DNA of 60,797 bases, counting the filler, from Sphacelaria rigidula (taxonomy: Eukaryota), in the NCBI GenBank assembly GCA_964200075.2. It is 5 parts of 5 records of this genome, joined end to end, with 100 filler letters (N's around TTAATTAATTAA, not from the genome) between each part and the next. Parts side by side here need not be neighbours in the genome. Positions count along the whole stretch, not along the records: positions 24,362 to 36,440 come from CAXNAA020004147.1; positions 36,541 to 48,619 come from CAXNAA020004148.1; 3 more parts are not named here. One strand, given 5' to 3'. Under the pieces are notes generated by a model. That model saw nothing but the letters and a program-made list of their open reading frames with translations, was not told the DNA's origin and did no database searches. A program made the translations under genes and the position numbers. The stretch's first letter is position 1, and every line of letters starts with the position of its first letter. Positions 24,362 through 38,617 of this stretch are shown here, in pieces.

Positions 24362-25278
24362 AATCACAATGCCCAAGTTGGTGTTGTGGGGGTGATACGG
24401 AGTAAAGACCCCGTTTATCAGGAGGGTGTTGTTGATCGTAAATGGTCCAAGAAACATAGTTTTCCTGCTTTAGCGCAGTGAATAATTGGAAATGAAAAAA
24501 AAAAAAATTGGGTCTTCATTCATATGATCGGCATTGAGTCGGTCCACCGAAAATACCGAAAAGCCAGAACCTGGGGTTGCACCTTCGCAGGACCCCCGAA
24601 GATCGATCAAGCCCGGAATTCACTCAATATTGATCGCAGATATTTGCTCTTTCAATATTTGTCAAGGTAAATGAAATATCTCCAGATCCCCATTTTTTGG
24701 CATCCAACAGTAACTGTGATGAGCGGTGGCAAGCGAAACGAATTTGGAAAATCTTTGAGAAACTAAGAAATTACGAATTCTGCATACTTCTGAAGCTGAC
24801 TACTGTAGCACAATATATACGTTGGATATCAACTCTCCCCCTTCCAATCCACTGATGTTCAACTTCAGGGGCCTCCATGTCCGTACGGATGAACTTACTA
24901 GACATGTGTTCGAATATTGATGCCATTCAGCATAATAAGGGCGGATATCTGCTAGCATAGAATAATCTTTCCAAACATCGGCAGAGCACCTTTGCATTGA
25001 TATAAAACAGTACATATTCTAGATCAGATATCTGGAACAGGAAGAACGTGTTCTGTTCCGTCGCACGTGTGGTTTGTTAGTGAAACATGATACTGGACTC
25101 GTCTGAGGAAAGGTGGGCTCCCGAGTGTCATGGTGATGCGGACTAACAAGTTGCTGAATGATCTAGGAAAACGCTATATATAGCTGCTACAGGGTACATT
25201 TTAAGGCCTCGGTGTCATGTATTGCCAACAACACACTAATACCGTCACTTGTATATTTCGCGAGTAGACTTGCCTCAC

Positions 25279-28200
25279 CTGCCAGTCCGACTGTGCCTGG
25301 TCTTTCAGCATGCGCTCGTGTCCCGCCTTCAACACCGCCAGTGCCCGTTCCTGGCCCAGAAATAAAAGCGTAGCTAGGTGGGATATAATAATGATGGAGT
25401 GCGGTGTGTACAGGGTTCGGGCTTATATCTGTACCCGCTATCTACCTGCATCGCGCAGCCAAAACAATGGATGCTCACGACCCAAAAGGTTTGCCGGTTT
25501 GAAAACCACTGTTACCTTTGGTTCCGAACCGAACATCTCTCATCGCACGATGAGAACAGTGAATCGTCTCAACACGCGTACTTTCTCGAGCACATCGTTA
25601 TCAGAGCATGCATTTATTGCATTGATTACTTCGATGGAACATATTTGACCAAACAAAGTGGAGCCTGTGCAATCACTTATATCCAAGTGGCGGAGAGCCG
25701 GCAGTCTTCAGTCATTCACATGTACTATAGATAAGCAACGGTTGAGATTGAAAATACGGGAGTGTCAAGTGTCAGATGCGTGCATTAGAACAAACGATCC
25801 TTAGAAATGCCTCATTTCACCTCTCCTCCCAGTATCTCTGGACGACTCCCACGATGACACCATGAGGGTTGCGACGTCAAAATGGGTTTCAATCGATTTC
25901 TCAGGATTACTTCACTACATGCCAGCTCGTGTACACCAAATCTGCCCTTTGAAATCACGTCCTCCTCTGGTGTCTTGGGAAACTATTCGCCTCGAACAAA
26001 AAGATGTTGGCACTCCTGTACACGTGGTGGGTACTTATGCCGAAACACTTTCGCCACTGGAATAATGTCGAAACCATGACTGGTACAGTTCTAAAGCATC
26101 AGAATAACGGCGACGGGACTTGCCAGGAGAAGAACGGAAGTCAGAGTTGGCAAATGTGCGCGCTGATATCTTGCTCACCCTGTCAGGTGTAAGTGGCGAC
26201 AGCATCCGAAGGACTTGCTCGGCCAGCGCCCCGGCTTGCCTGAAGGAAAATTTGGCTTTGTTCATGCTGTTTAAGCATGCCGTCATATCAAACAACCTCC
26301 TCACCGTTGGCGCACTCAGCACAGGCCCCCACAAGTTCCACAGCATGTCGCCAAAGCTGAGAGTTCGATCCATTGGAGCCGCAAGAGGGGAGATAGAGAT
26401 CCGGGGTTGGTTGGGCGATGCTAGAGAAGAAACTCCAACAATCCACAATAGCATCTTGGTACAGAACTGGACTAATACAATCAGCTACGTGATGCGAATT
26501 AATCATCTCGTTGTGTTGTGTGTACGTGTGTTAATGTTATTGCTGTTGTTGTTGTCGCTGCTTCTTCCCTCCTTTCCTTTCTGTGGCTGTTGCTTCCGTC
26601 TTTTTCTGCTCCTTTCCTTTTTTCTTATTCTGCAGTTTTTTTGCTGCTCCTGACCACGGGCTGGATTGTTGCAATCAGCTAATGTGAGATAATCAATCGA
26701 ATCAATGAATGACAGAACTTCTGAAGCAACTTCTAGCGATCTAGTAGGACACACCGAATGATTTCACCGCTTTAGCTGAGCCACTTGACTGGTGATGACT
26801 GGTGATGACAGGTGATGACTGGTGACCACTTTCAAGACGACGAAGACTGTCATGGTAGGGAGGGGGGGGCTACACTATGACAGCAGTTTCCCACCGGTTG
26901 ACTGAATTATGTTGGACAGCAATCAATGCAAAGCTAGCTTGTGGATAACCCCCGAACTCGATCGTGATGTTGCTAGGTAGTTGAACCACCACTCGTGCAC
27001 TACGTCGAAGCTGCGAGTTCTTCCAGATGATCAAAGCCCATCAAAGTCCTAGTGCTGAGCTTACTGTGGGAAGTCCAAGCCCTCGCCGATCCCAACTGTT
27101 CGGCGTGTTTCGATAGCCTTCAGCAAGTATCGACGGCGTTCTTGTCGCTGCTCAAACCATGCACGCATAACCTTCTCGAGTGCAAGATCGATGTCCACGA
27201 TCTGAAAGTAACAATCAAGATTTCGGATAGCAGCTCTTCATTGGACAACGGCGAAAGGCAGCACACGGATCACGTTTGAGATATCCAGACATATCAAGAC
27301 TTTGAGACACGAAACGCTCATGGGTCGGCTCGGTGGAGATATACTGAGGCGTTGTGGTTTTGTTGGACTAGTTTTTGTCATGTGGTCTTGATTCTTGTTT
27401 GTATCACTTTCAATAACGTTCGCCATAGTATGCTTAAGCCATGGTTGATGTCGCATCTAAGGTAGCGTGATATCGCACAGCGTACATATATACATAGTAT
27501 GTCGTATACAGGTCGGGGACAACCCCATGAGTGTTTTGGGGGTTGGATGGATATTTGGCTTCATTGCACAAGTGATTATGTCGTTGTCCTTGAAGATTAC
27601 CAAACAAACGTTGGTTCGAAGCTTCTCATCATCACGTGGCAAACGATACGTGTTCAAATACTGTGATAAAAGAACATGCCGCAAAACGTTGCCGCCTGGC
27701 TTGTGCAGTATCGTAAGTTAACTTCTGAGTATCATCATAACGGCCGTGTATATGCGTTCACAACAGAACCCAGTCGCCAGGTATCTCTTATTAACTAAGC
27801 ATGAATTGTAAGAAATGTGACGGTAAAATATCTGCCTCTCGGGCGGTCGTCACAGACCATTGATGGGGACGACGACGTGGAACAGTGAGTGAAGCAAGGC
27901 TGATCCACGCTTCTTTTTCACCTGGACGAGTGGATCCACTGAGAAATATTCGGCGTAGGTGGCAGAACCCACGAGCACTTCCCCCGCAGGCCTGGCCATA
28001 GATATCACACTGCGCGTGAGATTTATTTTGCGAGCCTCGCTGATTGCCCATGTCCTGCTGTGAGGCGTATCAGAGGCTTCTTCGTACGAGAGGTTTTTGC
28101 TGCAGTGCTGAAAATGTTGGCCGCGAAGTGCGCACGAGTAAGCATATCGGTTCCAAATTAAGGAAAGAAGTCAAGGCAACAGGTGAAAACGGTGTCTGGC

Positions 28201-31200
28201 TGTGAATCTAGACCACACAGCATTTACGTATCATCTCTCAATACGCGTGGCTTCGACTAGGAGCACGTCGAACTAAGAATCAATGGTATTGATTACGGCG
28301 AAAGCACTCAGCACGATGACATCTCTATCATCTCTACCTGGATGCGAATGTTCGTTCACGCTCATGCTTACACCCGAATGCAAAGTTTGTCCAAACTCAA
28401 TCGTTGCCATGGCGATAAATGTTACACTTTTCCTCATATTTCCAACCATGGGACACTTTCTACTGAGCGGAGGAGAGGGGTTAGACCTAAAACGCCCCCC
28501 TCCCCATCGTGGACAAAATATACTGATAAAGAACAGTCATATCTGGTATACACACATTTTTGGGAATCGTTTCCTCCTCCATTATTGGAACGAGGCGCTC
28601 AATCACGGGAGTAACGGCTTGGAGTGGCATGTAGGCCCATCCCTCCCCTCGGTTCATGCGTGACAGCAACTGGCGCGCCCTTCCACTGAATATTCCAGAC
28701 ATAATGGCCAGATACAGGTCCATCGCCTGATCAGGGTGACAGCATAGGAAATTCAACAAATATGAGTAGAACATCGATTTACAGTGTCGATTTGAATCGC
28801 GTATACTCGTACGAGTAACAAACGACGTCGAAGATGTCAGCAGCGGTACCTGAGGGGCGTAGTTCTTCTCGTGTACCCAGCCCGTGATAACGCCTGCATA
28901 GGAGGGTCGGAAATGTCATTTCGGCATCAACCAGGCAGGTGGGCGGGAGGGGGGTCAGACCAAAGTTTTCGCGTGCTCAAACTGATCCGTTTATTTCAAC
29001 CTACTGTAGATGTAAATACGTATGGTCATTGTTCACGCAAAAGGCAGGCGGGATTTGTTAGGGGCTATTACTAAGAATACGAACGTATTCTCCTCGAGCC
29101 TCCTCTACATACTCGTACGATAAAATGGAGGGACCGCTGTCCTAATGCAGGTGATGTCGCCCTTCTAATGATATCTCACCGAATAAACCGACTCGCCCAT
29201 CCCCGGAGGATCCATATTTCTGAACGGCAGACTTGAGCGTGCGCAGTTTCAAAAGGGCAGTATCCCCGTCGCCCTTGCAGTCGTCGAACAAGAACGCCTG
29301 CGATCGATAGGATGGAACCCGGTTATTCTTATTCCTCGCTAGTTGGAGGAATATGAGACGTGAACAATGGGCGTTGTGCTAATTTGACACATTGGACCGC
29401 TCGTGTATGCTTTCTTCGCATGGCGCACACGGACGCAGACGGACGTCAGCTTTTCACGCGACACCGACGGTACCCAAATGATGCTTCAGGCCGGAGCTCG
29501 TTTTTGTGCTTTCCTCAAAAGTTGCATGGTCGGAGAGGAAGCATCATGCGATGTCCTTGCGTTTCAGAGTACTGGGTCGGTAGAATATGCTTCAACTTCT
29601 CACCTCAATTGCCTTGATCGGTTCCGCTCGACTGGCCCCTCTGATGTCGTCGCTTGCGTCGGCCACCATCTGCCACGACAAAGAATACGTATCCCACGTC
29701 GAAACCCCTTTCTTCAGATGTGGTGCTTGCGAGTTTCTGCACAAAAGTGCGGTCTCCAGACAGCGAAGTCGAATCCAGTTCCACGACCTTATGTACTACG
29801 CGGCGTCCTATTTCAAGCCCTGGCAGGGGTCTGTCCGGGTTTGCCTCGAAACCTTTCTCGGTCTCTGGTCCCTAGTCCATGCCAGCTTGTTCTGTTTTCT
29901 GTTTTTTTTTCATGTTGCCACTTTTTCGAGTTTCCTGCACTAGCGAGTGTTGTCGTGTATTCACCTTGGATACGTGGACCATGAGACCACGGCCAGATAG
30001 CTAGCGGATCAGTGACCGTTAATTGGTTAATTGTGACTAGCCATTCGATTTAGCAAGCAATCAATGTTGTTTTCGACCAGATAACGTATCCCTGGTGAAC
30101 GCGACCACAAGCAGCGACCTTCGTCAAACTGTTCGAGTTTTGTCTCTAAAAATGAGCATGTAGGATGTTCGACGGACTGGGTTGAAGATTTGTTCTAGAA
30201 GGTTGAGTGGATCGCTCTGCCTAGGACACAACCAACTCACTTGCAAGGCTAGTGACAGTAGTCTTGAGTGTCGAGGATGCCGCGTGTGCGCATCAAAGTG
30301 GCAACTATTGCCAAGGGATTCATCATGCTCGGAGCAAACGCGCCAAGTCCCTCGCCCAATGGCACCCGCGCAACACACTCAGGAAAAGTATTGATTTCGA
30401 GGCGGGGCGAATGTTTTTTGCAGTTTCGGATGTCCGCCGTTTGGTTTTCTCATCTCACCTTTCGTGCATAGATATCCGGGATGGAGATGACTTTCAACGC
30501 GAAACAACTTAGCTTCGAGCACGCTATTGCCCTGCGCAGAGAAGTCAAGGCGCATGAAATACAGTGCGGCTGTTTATACGGAGATATGCTGGTATTAGGT
30601 GGGTCAGCCAAGTCGACAACTACATGTATGCACCACGACATGTTGCGGTTCTCAGTGCCCTCCCAATCACTCCCATTCTTACTCTCGACCCTAGCCCGAT
30701 GACCAAAAGCTTACCTAGAAGAGTTTGCAGTTATTTCTCCTTGCATTCCTGTTGTATCCGAATCCTGTTTATGTTTAAACACCCGCTTGGGGCATTAGGT
30801 TGTTGAAATAAACACATGGGGTGTGACAAGAAAGCGTGGAAGCCGGACACGTTCGTCCTTGCTCGTGGTAGTGTACCTCAAGAGCTTGACTACACTCAAC
30901 ACAGTAATCTTCCCATGAAGAACATGTACGGGCACGACCCGCTGAGAAATATCTGAACGCCAATCTCACTGTTGAAGCTGATGCGTCACATGCTGCACGT
31001 TGATTGCAACACCAATGCGGCAAGACTTACATGAGTGTTCCACGAGCCAGGGGGTACATGAAGGGAATCGGGTGTCAGAATGACAACCTGCACGACAACA
31101 CGTTCCCCCTCCGAGTCGATATTCCAAGCGCAAGGAGCAACTATCGGCACCAACATATTGGAGGGTGCACCATGTACCGTTTATCGCGGAACAACACGAC

Positions 31201-34200
31201 TATTTGAACACCTCCAAGGCCAGAATCTGCTGCGCAGAGTCGCGTTCTTCGCTCCCGTTGACTCCCGAGTCACAGCTGGTGGCGTGTTTTGGGCTAGTCA
31301 TTGAATATCAAAACGTCGCAGGGTTTTTACACGCGAGAAGGGGGAGGTGACGCATGTCAGTATGTGAGCTACTGCTGTCTGTGCGACGTAGTGTAGAAAG
31401 GGGGTACTGTAATGTACCTCCAGCCAGAAGCTCCACGTTGTGTCCAGGGAAGCTAGAAAATAGATACCATTTGAACTGCTTTGGTTTTGAACCATTGCCT
31501 TGTATTCTCCGCTACGACGACAAAACTGGCAACTTCACGCCTACCTGCTGGACGTGGTTTCTTGCTGCCTGCCCGATTTACGCACGTCAAAGAGTGGAGA
31601 CGGACGTCCTTCTGTTTGCGTACCCTTTGTAACGAATGTTTTCGAGCTGAAACTCTCGTCCTGTCGTAAGAGTACGGAAATACAGGGGCATATAAAGAAC
31701 GTGCGTGTAAGGAGTGCGTAGGTTAGACCTCGAAGTCGACCCGTCAAGCACTAGGCACTTGCACCGGCTTAACCACAGTCCCGGCTCCACAATAACATGC
31801 GTGATAATTCGCACGATTTAGCCTTTTACACATGATGTCTGTGACGGTGGTGAGCAACTGAAAACGATCGTATCTATCTATTGTGCTTCGTTGTTGGCCC
31901 TTGGTTGCTCCCCGCGAAATCGCAGATAATTGCGGAGGCTATAAACTCAAAGACACAAGGATCGTTGCTTTATGTTGTCCTGCTTGTGTTTGTACCTCAT
32001 CATCCGCATCGGCTAAGTCGGCCCCAAGATCAAGTTTGATTTGTCCCTCGGCTTTCTTTACCGCGGCAGCCAGAGTAGATATTGATGCCAGTATGACCTG
32101 CCTTCCCGTTCTTGTTTCCTCCTGTTCTTGAACCTGTGCGAACATAATGGGGCAGCTTGGAGTCATGGGTTCACGATGCCCTGTCACTTACCGAAGTCAG
32201 CTCTTTGTGCAGCGAAAATACACGCGATACCCCAATCCATGGGCAACTGATGTGTGTAATCCGGCACTTTCGCAAGAAACACACGAGTCTGAACAGAAGG
32301 TATGCAGAGTACCACCTGCACCACTACTCAAACCAACACCTGATAAGTATGGCTATCAGAGGCAGTACCACTGTCGACGATGCAGCTTTCCCAGCAGCAG
32401 CAAAACTCTTGCCGTTGTTCGCCTGACGCAGTCAATGCCTGAAGCTGCAGGTCGTGCCACATACTCAGATACTCCATTCCCCTTTTCAATCCCCCCCCCC
32501 CCCCTCTCCCCCCCAACGCGTGCACCTACCTGACGATTCTGTATGTAAGTCTGCATCCCTACCTTCGCCATGAATTCCTTCGCTTGCTGTACCAGAGATG
32601 CAGCAATCAACTCCAGGGTTGATGCTGCCCTACTAGTTGGAGCGCTCTCTTGTGCGGAAGAACGTGTGGGGCTTGGCGGTGAAATACTGGCGTCTTTGGT
32701 CCCCTCATCTTTCCGAACCGTATCTTGGTTTTGTTCCAGCTCCCGCTCCCTATGAGGGGAAAGCACGGAATGCTCTACTTTTTTATGCGTTACCTTACAA
32801 AATCGGACATTAGGTTCGAACAAGTTTCGCCTATCAAATATTCACAGTATTAGGAGTGGGGTGAGCAAGATCACATTTACTGCTCGTGAGGTGAAGTGCA
32901 CTGCCGTTAGGGCTGCGTCCGCAAGATGGAAGTGCGGGGCAGGACGGGGGACCTGAAAGGCATGCAGCAGTAACAACGACCATTATGTACGATCTATTCA
33001 TACCTCAAGACCAGCTGGTATTTTGTCTCCTTCTCCATGCTTTTTATAAGCCGCATTCGCAGGCCTCCAAACCATATCCGAAGACGTGCCTTTCTTTCGA
33101 CATTGCACAATGGGCCCGGAACATGACTTCAAGAGCTTATACGTTTGATCATTACCTACTGCAAGGGAAATCTCACTACAACCTCGCGATACGACGTATG
33201 GATTCAAAAAGGGTACTCGAACTGTCTGCGTCTGGCGTATTGCGACCACTGGGGTGTTGTAAGCACCAAGCGTGTCGGATGCGTGCTCGTTGGGAAAGCA
33301 GCTGAAGCGGATCTATGTGGTGGATCCTCGGCTGTTTCCAACAATTGGAGAGTGCCGCAGAACGTATTTAGTCATGGTAACCAAAGTTATGCAGACACTC
33401 GAAACCAGCACAAGCGACAACGTAACACTCTTCTGGTAAGCCACTACTAAGTATCATATGACAGGCACCCTTGCGCAACGCCATCTCGTCATGCTACAAG
33501 TGAATGTGTGCAAAACAAAGCAGATATTCTTTGAGGTATACTGTAATAATGCTTGTGCTCACACGTTGGAAGCGTCTTCGCAGCACCATTCCACTCTCCA
33601 CGACGCACTTCCAGTTACCAAAGATTAGCCTGACGGCCCGGAGGTGTTCACATATTTATTTCATCGACGCAAGTAAGGTAGGCATTTCATACAATCGTAA
33701 GCGGGAGGACATGTATGACCGAGAATATTGGGATTCCTTCATGAAACATGTAACTGTGAGGATGTTAGCTTCATGAATGAAGAGATTCCCAGATTATCTC
33801 TTTTTCGGGTAGGGTTCCAAGTAGGATACTTTGGTGTGTGGGTAATCTGGGACCTCTGGAATACTGAGTATTTTGCTGTCGAACCTTCGGAATCCTGGAA
33901 TACTGATACTTACGACAGTCGATACCATGAGTGCCATGTTAATATTGATTATTTTTAGCAGTCGGTACCCTGGGTACCCAGAGTACTCGGTACATCGGGT
34001 AGGATACCAGATATCCGGAGGGGGGCGTTACTCGGTGCTTTCTGCAGCCAGTTCCCCGGGTACTCCGAGTACTCAGTACCTGTATTCAGTACTCCGGACA
34101 CCATACCGAGGATCAGGAAGGAGGCTGGGTACACGAGGCATCCTGAGGCACTCATTATTTCTGGCATTCGATACCGTACATAACGTGAAACACCTAGTAT

Positions 34201-35433
34201 TTTTTGCAGTTCGTACCCTGTAGTCGTGAGTATTTTCTGGCCGTCGGGTACCCTGCGTACCCTGGAATGCTGAATTTTCGGCAGCCCATACCCTTTGCAC
34301 CTTGAAGTACTTGGCACTTCAAATACGGTGAAAGTTCAAGCGAAGCCAGGGTACATACCCTACTACCCCAGGCATCTTTGGAAGCAATTTATGCTGTACT
34401 CTGACGACGCGGTGCACGGGGGGCATAGTCATGACTTTGTTAGACACAATGTAGATTGAATGTGTTTTGTACGATGTTCCTCTGCGCCACAGTAGGAAAA
34501 TAGCTATTTCACCTTGTAATGAGCAGAGAATCTTTCCCAAGGACAGCCCTCATGGTGTTTCTCGCGTTGGTAAGGTTGCTCAAAAGGGTCCCCTCATGCT
34601 TCTCCTTTACGAGCATCTTCTGTTCCAAATCGTCAATCTTCGGACGCGAACGCATGCAGATAATTAGGGGGTCGTTACGCGTATAACATCTCAAGAGTTC
34701 ACTGTCTCATAGACTACCGTGGTGCTTAGGATCAACGGATAACCTTCGTGGCGTATACTCAACGAGAGGAGAGATGGTAGTAACGGAGGACCTGCCGGAT
34801 AGTCCACAGGGCCTATAATCAGTTCATGCGTAGGTTACTGACCTGAGACCGGAGGTCCCGGCATCGGGCGAAGTGAGGCTTGCTCTTGAGAAACATCGCC
34901 TCTGAGGGAGCCATTGCCGGCTGTTGCGCAGACTGCGGGCGGAGCCACGCTAGGAACTGGTCCATCACTAGCTCCGGATCCTGGGGACAAAACCATTTTA
35001 TTGCATGACTGCATGACTGCATGACTGCATGATTGCATTTTCATGCTGGTCAAGAAGTCCATCAATAAGAGGGAACCTCGACCCTCAAAGCTTTAAACAG
35101 GCTCAAAACCTCCTAAATATGGGTATGGCATTTGCTGTGCTTGGCTTGCCACCACAGATATGCTCACTCGGTTTGGAGGCACCGCTCGGTCTCAGTACGT
35201 CTTATCGGAACATTGCCTCGAACGTGACTTTACCTCATAAACCGAGCGCAGAACTTCCCGGAGAACAAGGACAACGAGCGAATCGTACTGCTCAAATACC
35301 GGCAGCATCGTCCCGAGGGCTTCGCAAGCCGCCATCGTCCGAAATTCGTCCGGCATTGTCGCGTGTGCCGTTACAACGCATGCCTTATTCATAAAGGAAC
35401 GGACGATTCGGGGCGGGCTTCGTCGTGATATAA
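25279..35433 (-). CDS. Multi-exon gene for an uncharacterised largely helical protein (partial)
   Basis: AG/GT exons, mostly phase-compatible in series: 35433-35234, 34980-34843, 34619-34513, 33093-33004, 32749-32563, 32133-31996, 31660-31545, 30952-30877, 30531-30459, about 30350-30241, 29795-29604, 29297-29180, 28893-28850, 28726 to about 28555, 28099-27922, 27201-27065, 26356-26179, 25350-25279. Peptides include PDEFRTMAACEALGTMLPVFEQYDSLVVLVLREVLRSVYE, LKSAVQKYGSSGDGRVGLFG and IVDIDLALEKVMRAWFEQ. Confidence 0.75.
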
Positions 35434-35543
35434 CTGGTAAATGGGAATTCTGCCGTGCTACTACACGTGTGGTCAAGCGGGCACCTCGAGCCAGGTAGTG
35501 CGACGTCCTACGCGTTGGTTTGGTTGGTAAAGTGTGTACCAGG

Positions 35544-36366
35544 GAGTCATCCTACAATAGGGGTGGGAACACATTCTGGGCCATTTCTTGAACGAAAATG
35601 CCGCTTTGAATCGTCGTTGAAAGCAGCATCTTTGTTCGAGCACGGCTGTCCCATCAGTAAAGATACCTGAGTTTGTACGGGCCCTTAACGATGTCCGTTT
35701 TTTTTTTTAAATGAACTCTACGGTGTTTTTGGGTTCAAGAAAATGTGTTTAAAATTTGCAGCTCGTGCTTGTACCATGCCGCCGAACGGCTGCAAAAAAA
35801 GTAGTCGGCCAAAAAATGGCTGTTTTTTGCCCCTTTCCGAGGGGAAAAAAATTGTCAATTTTTTTTTGGGAACTTTTTTTTAAGTGCGTGGGACTTCCTG
35901 GCAGCAAGCCCCAGTGAAGGCGGGGGCGATTAAAAAACAAAAAAACGACACATTTTTTCCCGTCGGAAACGGCAAAAAACGGCAGTTTTTGGGCCGACTA
36001 CTTTTTTTGCAGCCGTTCGGCGGCATGGTTCAAGCATGAGCTGCAAATGTTGAACACATTTTCTTGAGCCCAAAAAACACCGTAGAGTTTATTAAAAGGA
36101 AAAAAACGATCGGGCATCGTTAAGGGCCCGTACAAATTCATGTGCCTTTACTTATGGGACAGAGGAAGTACTCATTCATACTGATTGACACCATTTACAC
36201 ACAAATATAAGCGCACCGGGAGCATGCTAGGTGGTGTGACACGCCTACGCATTAACACTGCTTGACACCCTTCACACCTAAATATAATCGCACCGCGAGT
36301 ATGATGGGTCGTCTGACACACCTACAAGTCCCTGTTTTTCGTAAAATCAAATCCCCCCCCCCCCCC
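35544..36366. mobile_element. MITE family B copy carrying a nested foldback element
   Basis: Starts GAGTCATCCTACAATAGGGG. 35544-35640 and 36170-36330 match the two halves of 15380-15636. Confidence 0.7.
35646..36162. mobile_element. Foldback element with about 200-bp inverted arms
   Basis: CTGTCCCATCAGTAAAG..GTACGGGCCCTTAACGATG..GCCGCCGAACGGCTGCAAAAAAAGTAGTCGGCC is mirrored at 35950-36162. Confidence 0.9.
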
Positions 36367-36440
36367 TTCAGCGATGGTTTACCATGAAAATCGCCTGGCA
36401 CAAACGTGGGGTACTTGTGTCAAAGGTGTTGAACTTGGCT

Positions 36441-36540
36441 NNNNNNNNNNNNNNNNNNNNNNNNNNNNNNNNNNNNNNNNNNNNTTAATTAATTAANNNN
36501 NNNNNNNNNNNNNNNNNNNNNNNNNNNNNNNNNNNNNNNN
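36441..36540. other. Artificial 100-nt spacer
   Basis: N-TTAATTAATTAA-N. Confidence 0.99.
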
Positions 36541-37334
36541 TGCTTCCCTCATGTACAAATGCTAACATACAAACGTGCCAGGTTGGACCCTGGAGCCCAT
36601 TGCTATTTTTTGAATGGAATGTTTCATAGTGGTTTTGCTAATTATTGTTGATGGATATAATTGGACACACTTCATCCGTTGCATGGTATGATTGGACAGA
36701 CCTTACCCAAATTCTCCAGGGAGGACATTCCTCTTCGGGCTTCCATTATAAAAATGGTTGCCGTCGGCCTATCCTCTTTCCATGTTTTCCTCTTCGTCAG
36801 GGCTTCTCATAATAAGGCGTTTGGCCAGGGGACAGGAGGGGAGGGTTCCGAAAGGGTTAAAGAATCGTTTTCGAGAAAATTTCCATTCAGTGAATCACTT
36901 ACTTACTCGAACTTTGTTCATTGTACATCCATAAGACTCCAACTCTACACAATGATGACAACACGGCAGTAAATCGTGCTGAAGGCACATCGTTCTTGCC
37001 ACCCAGTGTAATAGAGTATAGGTATCATTTGAGACTGCAGGTTATAGAAAACAACCTGCTGCAATGTACGACCGTTACTGGGTTACAATACAACTATGCG
37101 GCGCTTTCTCGTTGTACGTTATTTCGCAACTGCTCCCATTTGTCAACTTCGTCTGACTATTCCGAAATCTGGAATCTTCCATTTGGTTTCGTGCGCCTGC
37201 CTGTTTTGCGCAATCCCGTTCGTTTCGAGTAAAGAAACGGCAACCGTCTGCGTCTCACGGAAGTAAATCGTGGCAAATCCAAAGCTAACCTGTGAGTGTT
37301 GGTTTGATTCGTGTGTATTTTCGTGTGTACTGGT

Positions 37335-37335
37335 T

Positions 37336-37375
<40 letters not shown>
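37335..37375. repeat. (CAT)n microsatellite
   Basis: About 13 tandem units. Confidence 0.95.
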
Positions 37376-38110
37376 CGTGGGTGCCGGGCTACCTTCGGTG
37401 AATCTAGGCGACGACGACTCAGGAAAGGGAGGATTTTGCAACAACGTAGAGTCTAGCCTGCTCCCCGAGATGGCGGAGGGAATCATCGTAGCCGGTACGT
37501 ACTGTTAGCTGTTACCTGCTTAGATGAGAACGAAATAAATACATGAGAATGACCAAGCTCTTCTTCCCGTTTCGCCTCGTGACAGTGAGGATAGCACGGG
37601 CAAGTGTTGGAAGAACAGGGCTGTCAGTACACCATTTACAGCTACCGAGTTCATATCATAGTACCATTCTTCGTTGAATGGTTGTTGCTAGTGCATGTTG
37701 TTGTAGGGTTCACGTATACCCGACCCCGACTACATGGCACAGTTTCACTTGTTTCGCTGTGACGACATAGGCCGGATACTGTTGGTTATTCGCCCGCACA
37801 GTGAACTCATGTGGTGAATGCGTATCTTCACAAGCTCGTTCTCTCCTGGGCTGCCCAATTGTGCATCTCACCAATTGTGTTGTGTTTGATCTATTGTTGT
37901 ACACTCAAGGTTTGTTATTATTGAGTCATATGGTATGTAGCGCGTACATGTGTGTGATGCCACATGTCAGCTGTGTGTACAGTCTTGACATAACTTCGCC
38001 CAAATTTGTGCTGTCACTTGATGTCTGCCTATTTTATTCGTAACACTACGTTTAATTATACCTATATTTCTTGCTTTTTCTGTGTTTCAGGTCTGTTTTA
38101 TACGGCAAGA

Positions 38111-38573
38111 ATGATCTGCCAAGCGGGATACAAGTCGATTAAGTCTTATCGCGAGAAGAAGGCGGTCAGCCTAATGCCGGCTACTGAGGGTGAGTCCTTT
38201 CTATATTGTGTGATAGTTCATCTCCGACTGTGTCTGCCCAACCACGTGCGCGATGGCTTACTTTTCTGTTGTAGCAGTTGGTGCACTGCCTTCACTGAGA
38301 TCGTGCCTCCTGGTGTGAACGGTTGTAGTAGTAACTTACACGCTCCTCTCCATGCCTGGCAACCCCCCCCAGCAGTATCTAGGGTGAATCAGGCATGCAG
38401 CGTTAGCCGTGGTTTGGAAGCCAGAGTATTTTGAGCATCATGTATGGGTTTCACATTGAAACGATTTTGATTTTTTATCTTCCAAATTTAAACTTCTCAG
38501 ACCATGTGAAGACGACATGTTATCGTTTTCTGTGCCCCTGTACTGCACCATGAACTAAACCCCACTCTCTCGC

Positions 38574-38617
<44 letters not shown>

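Noticed and set aside
33800-34365. GGTACC/GAGTACTC-rich region as a repeat array or CRISPR
   Set aside because: No constant repeat-spacer period and a eukaryotic intron context. Probably a decayed MITE, but TIR and TSD could not be fixed.
37393-37486. Minus-strand ATG exon (MIPSAISGSRL..) as the start of the piece-3 gene
   Set aside because: It lies across an artificial spacer, and no in-frame next exon could be established within its own contig.
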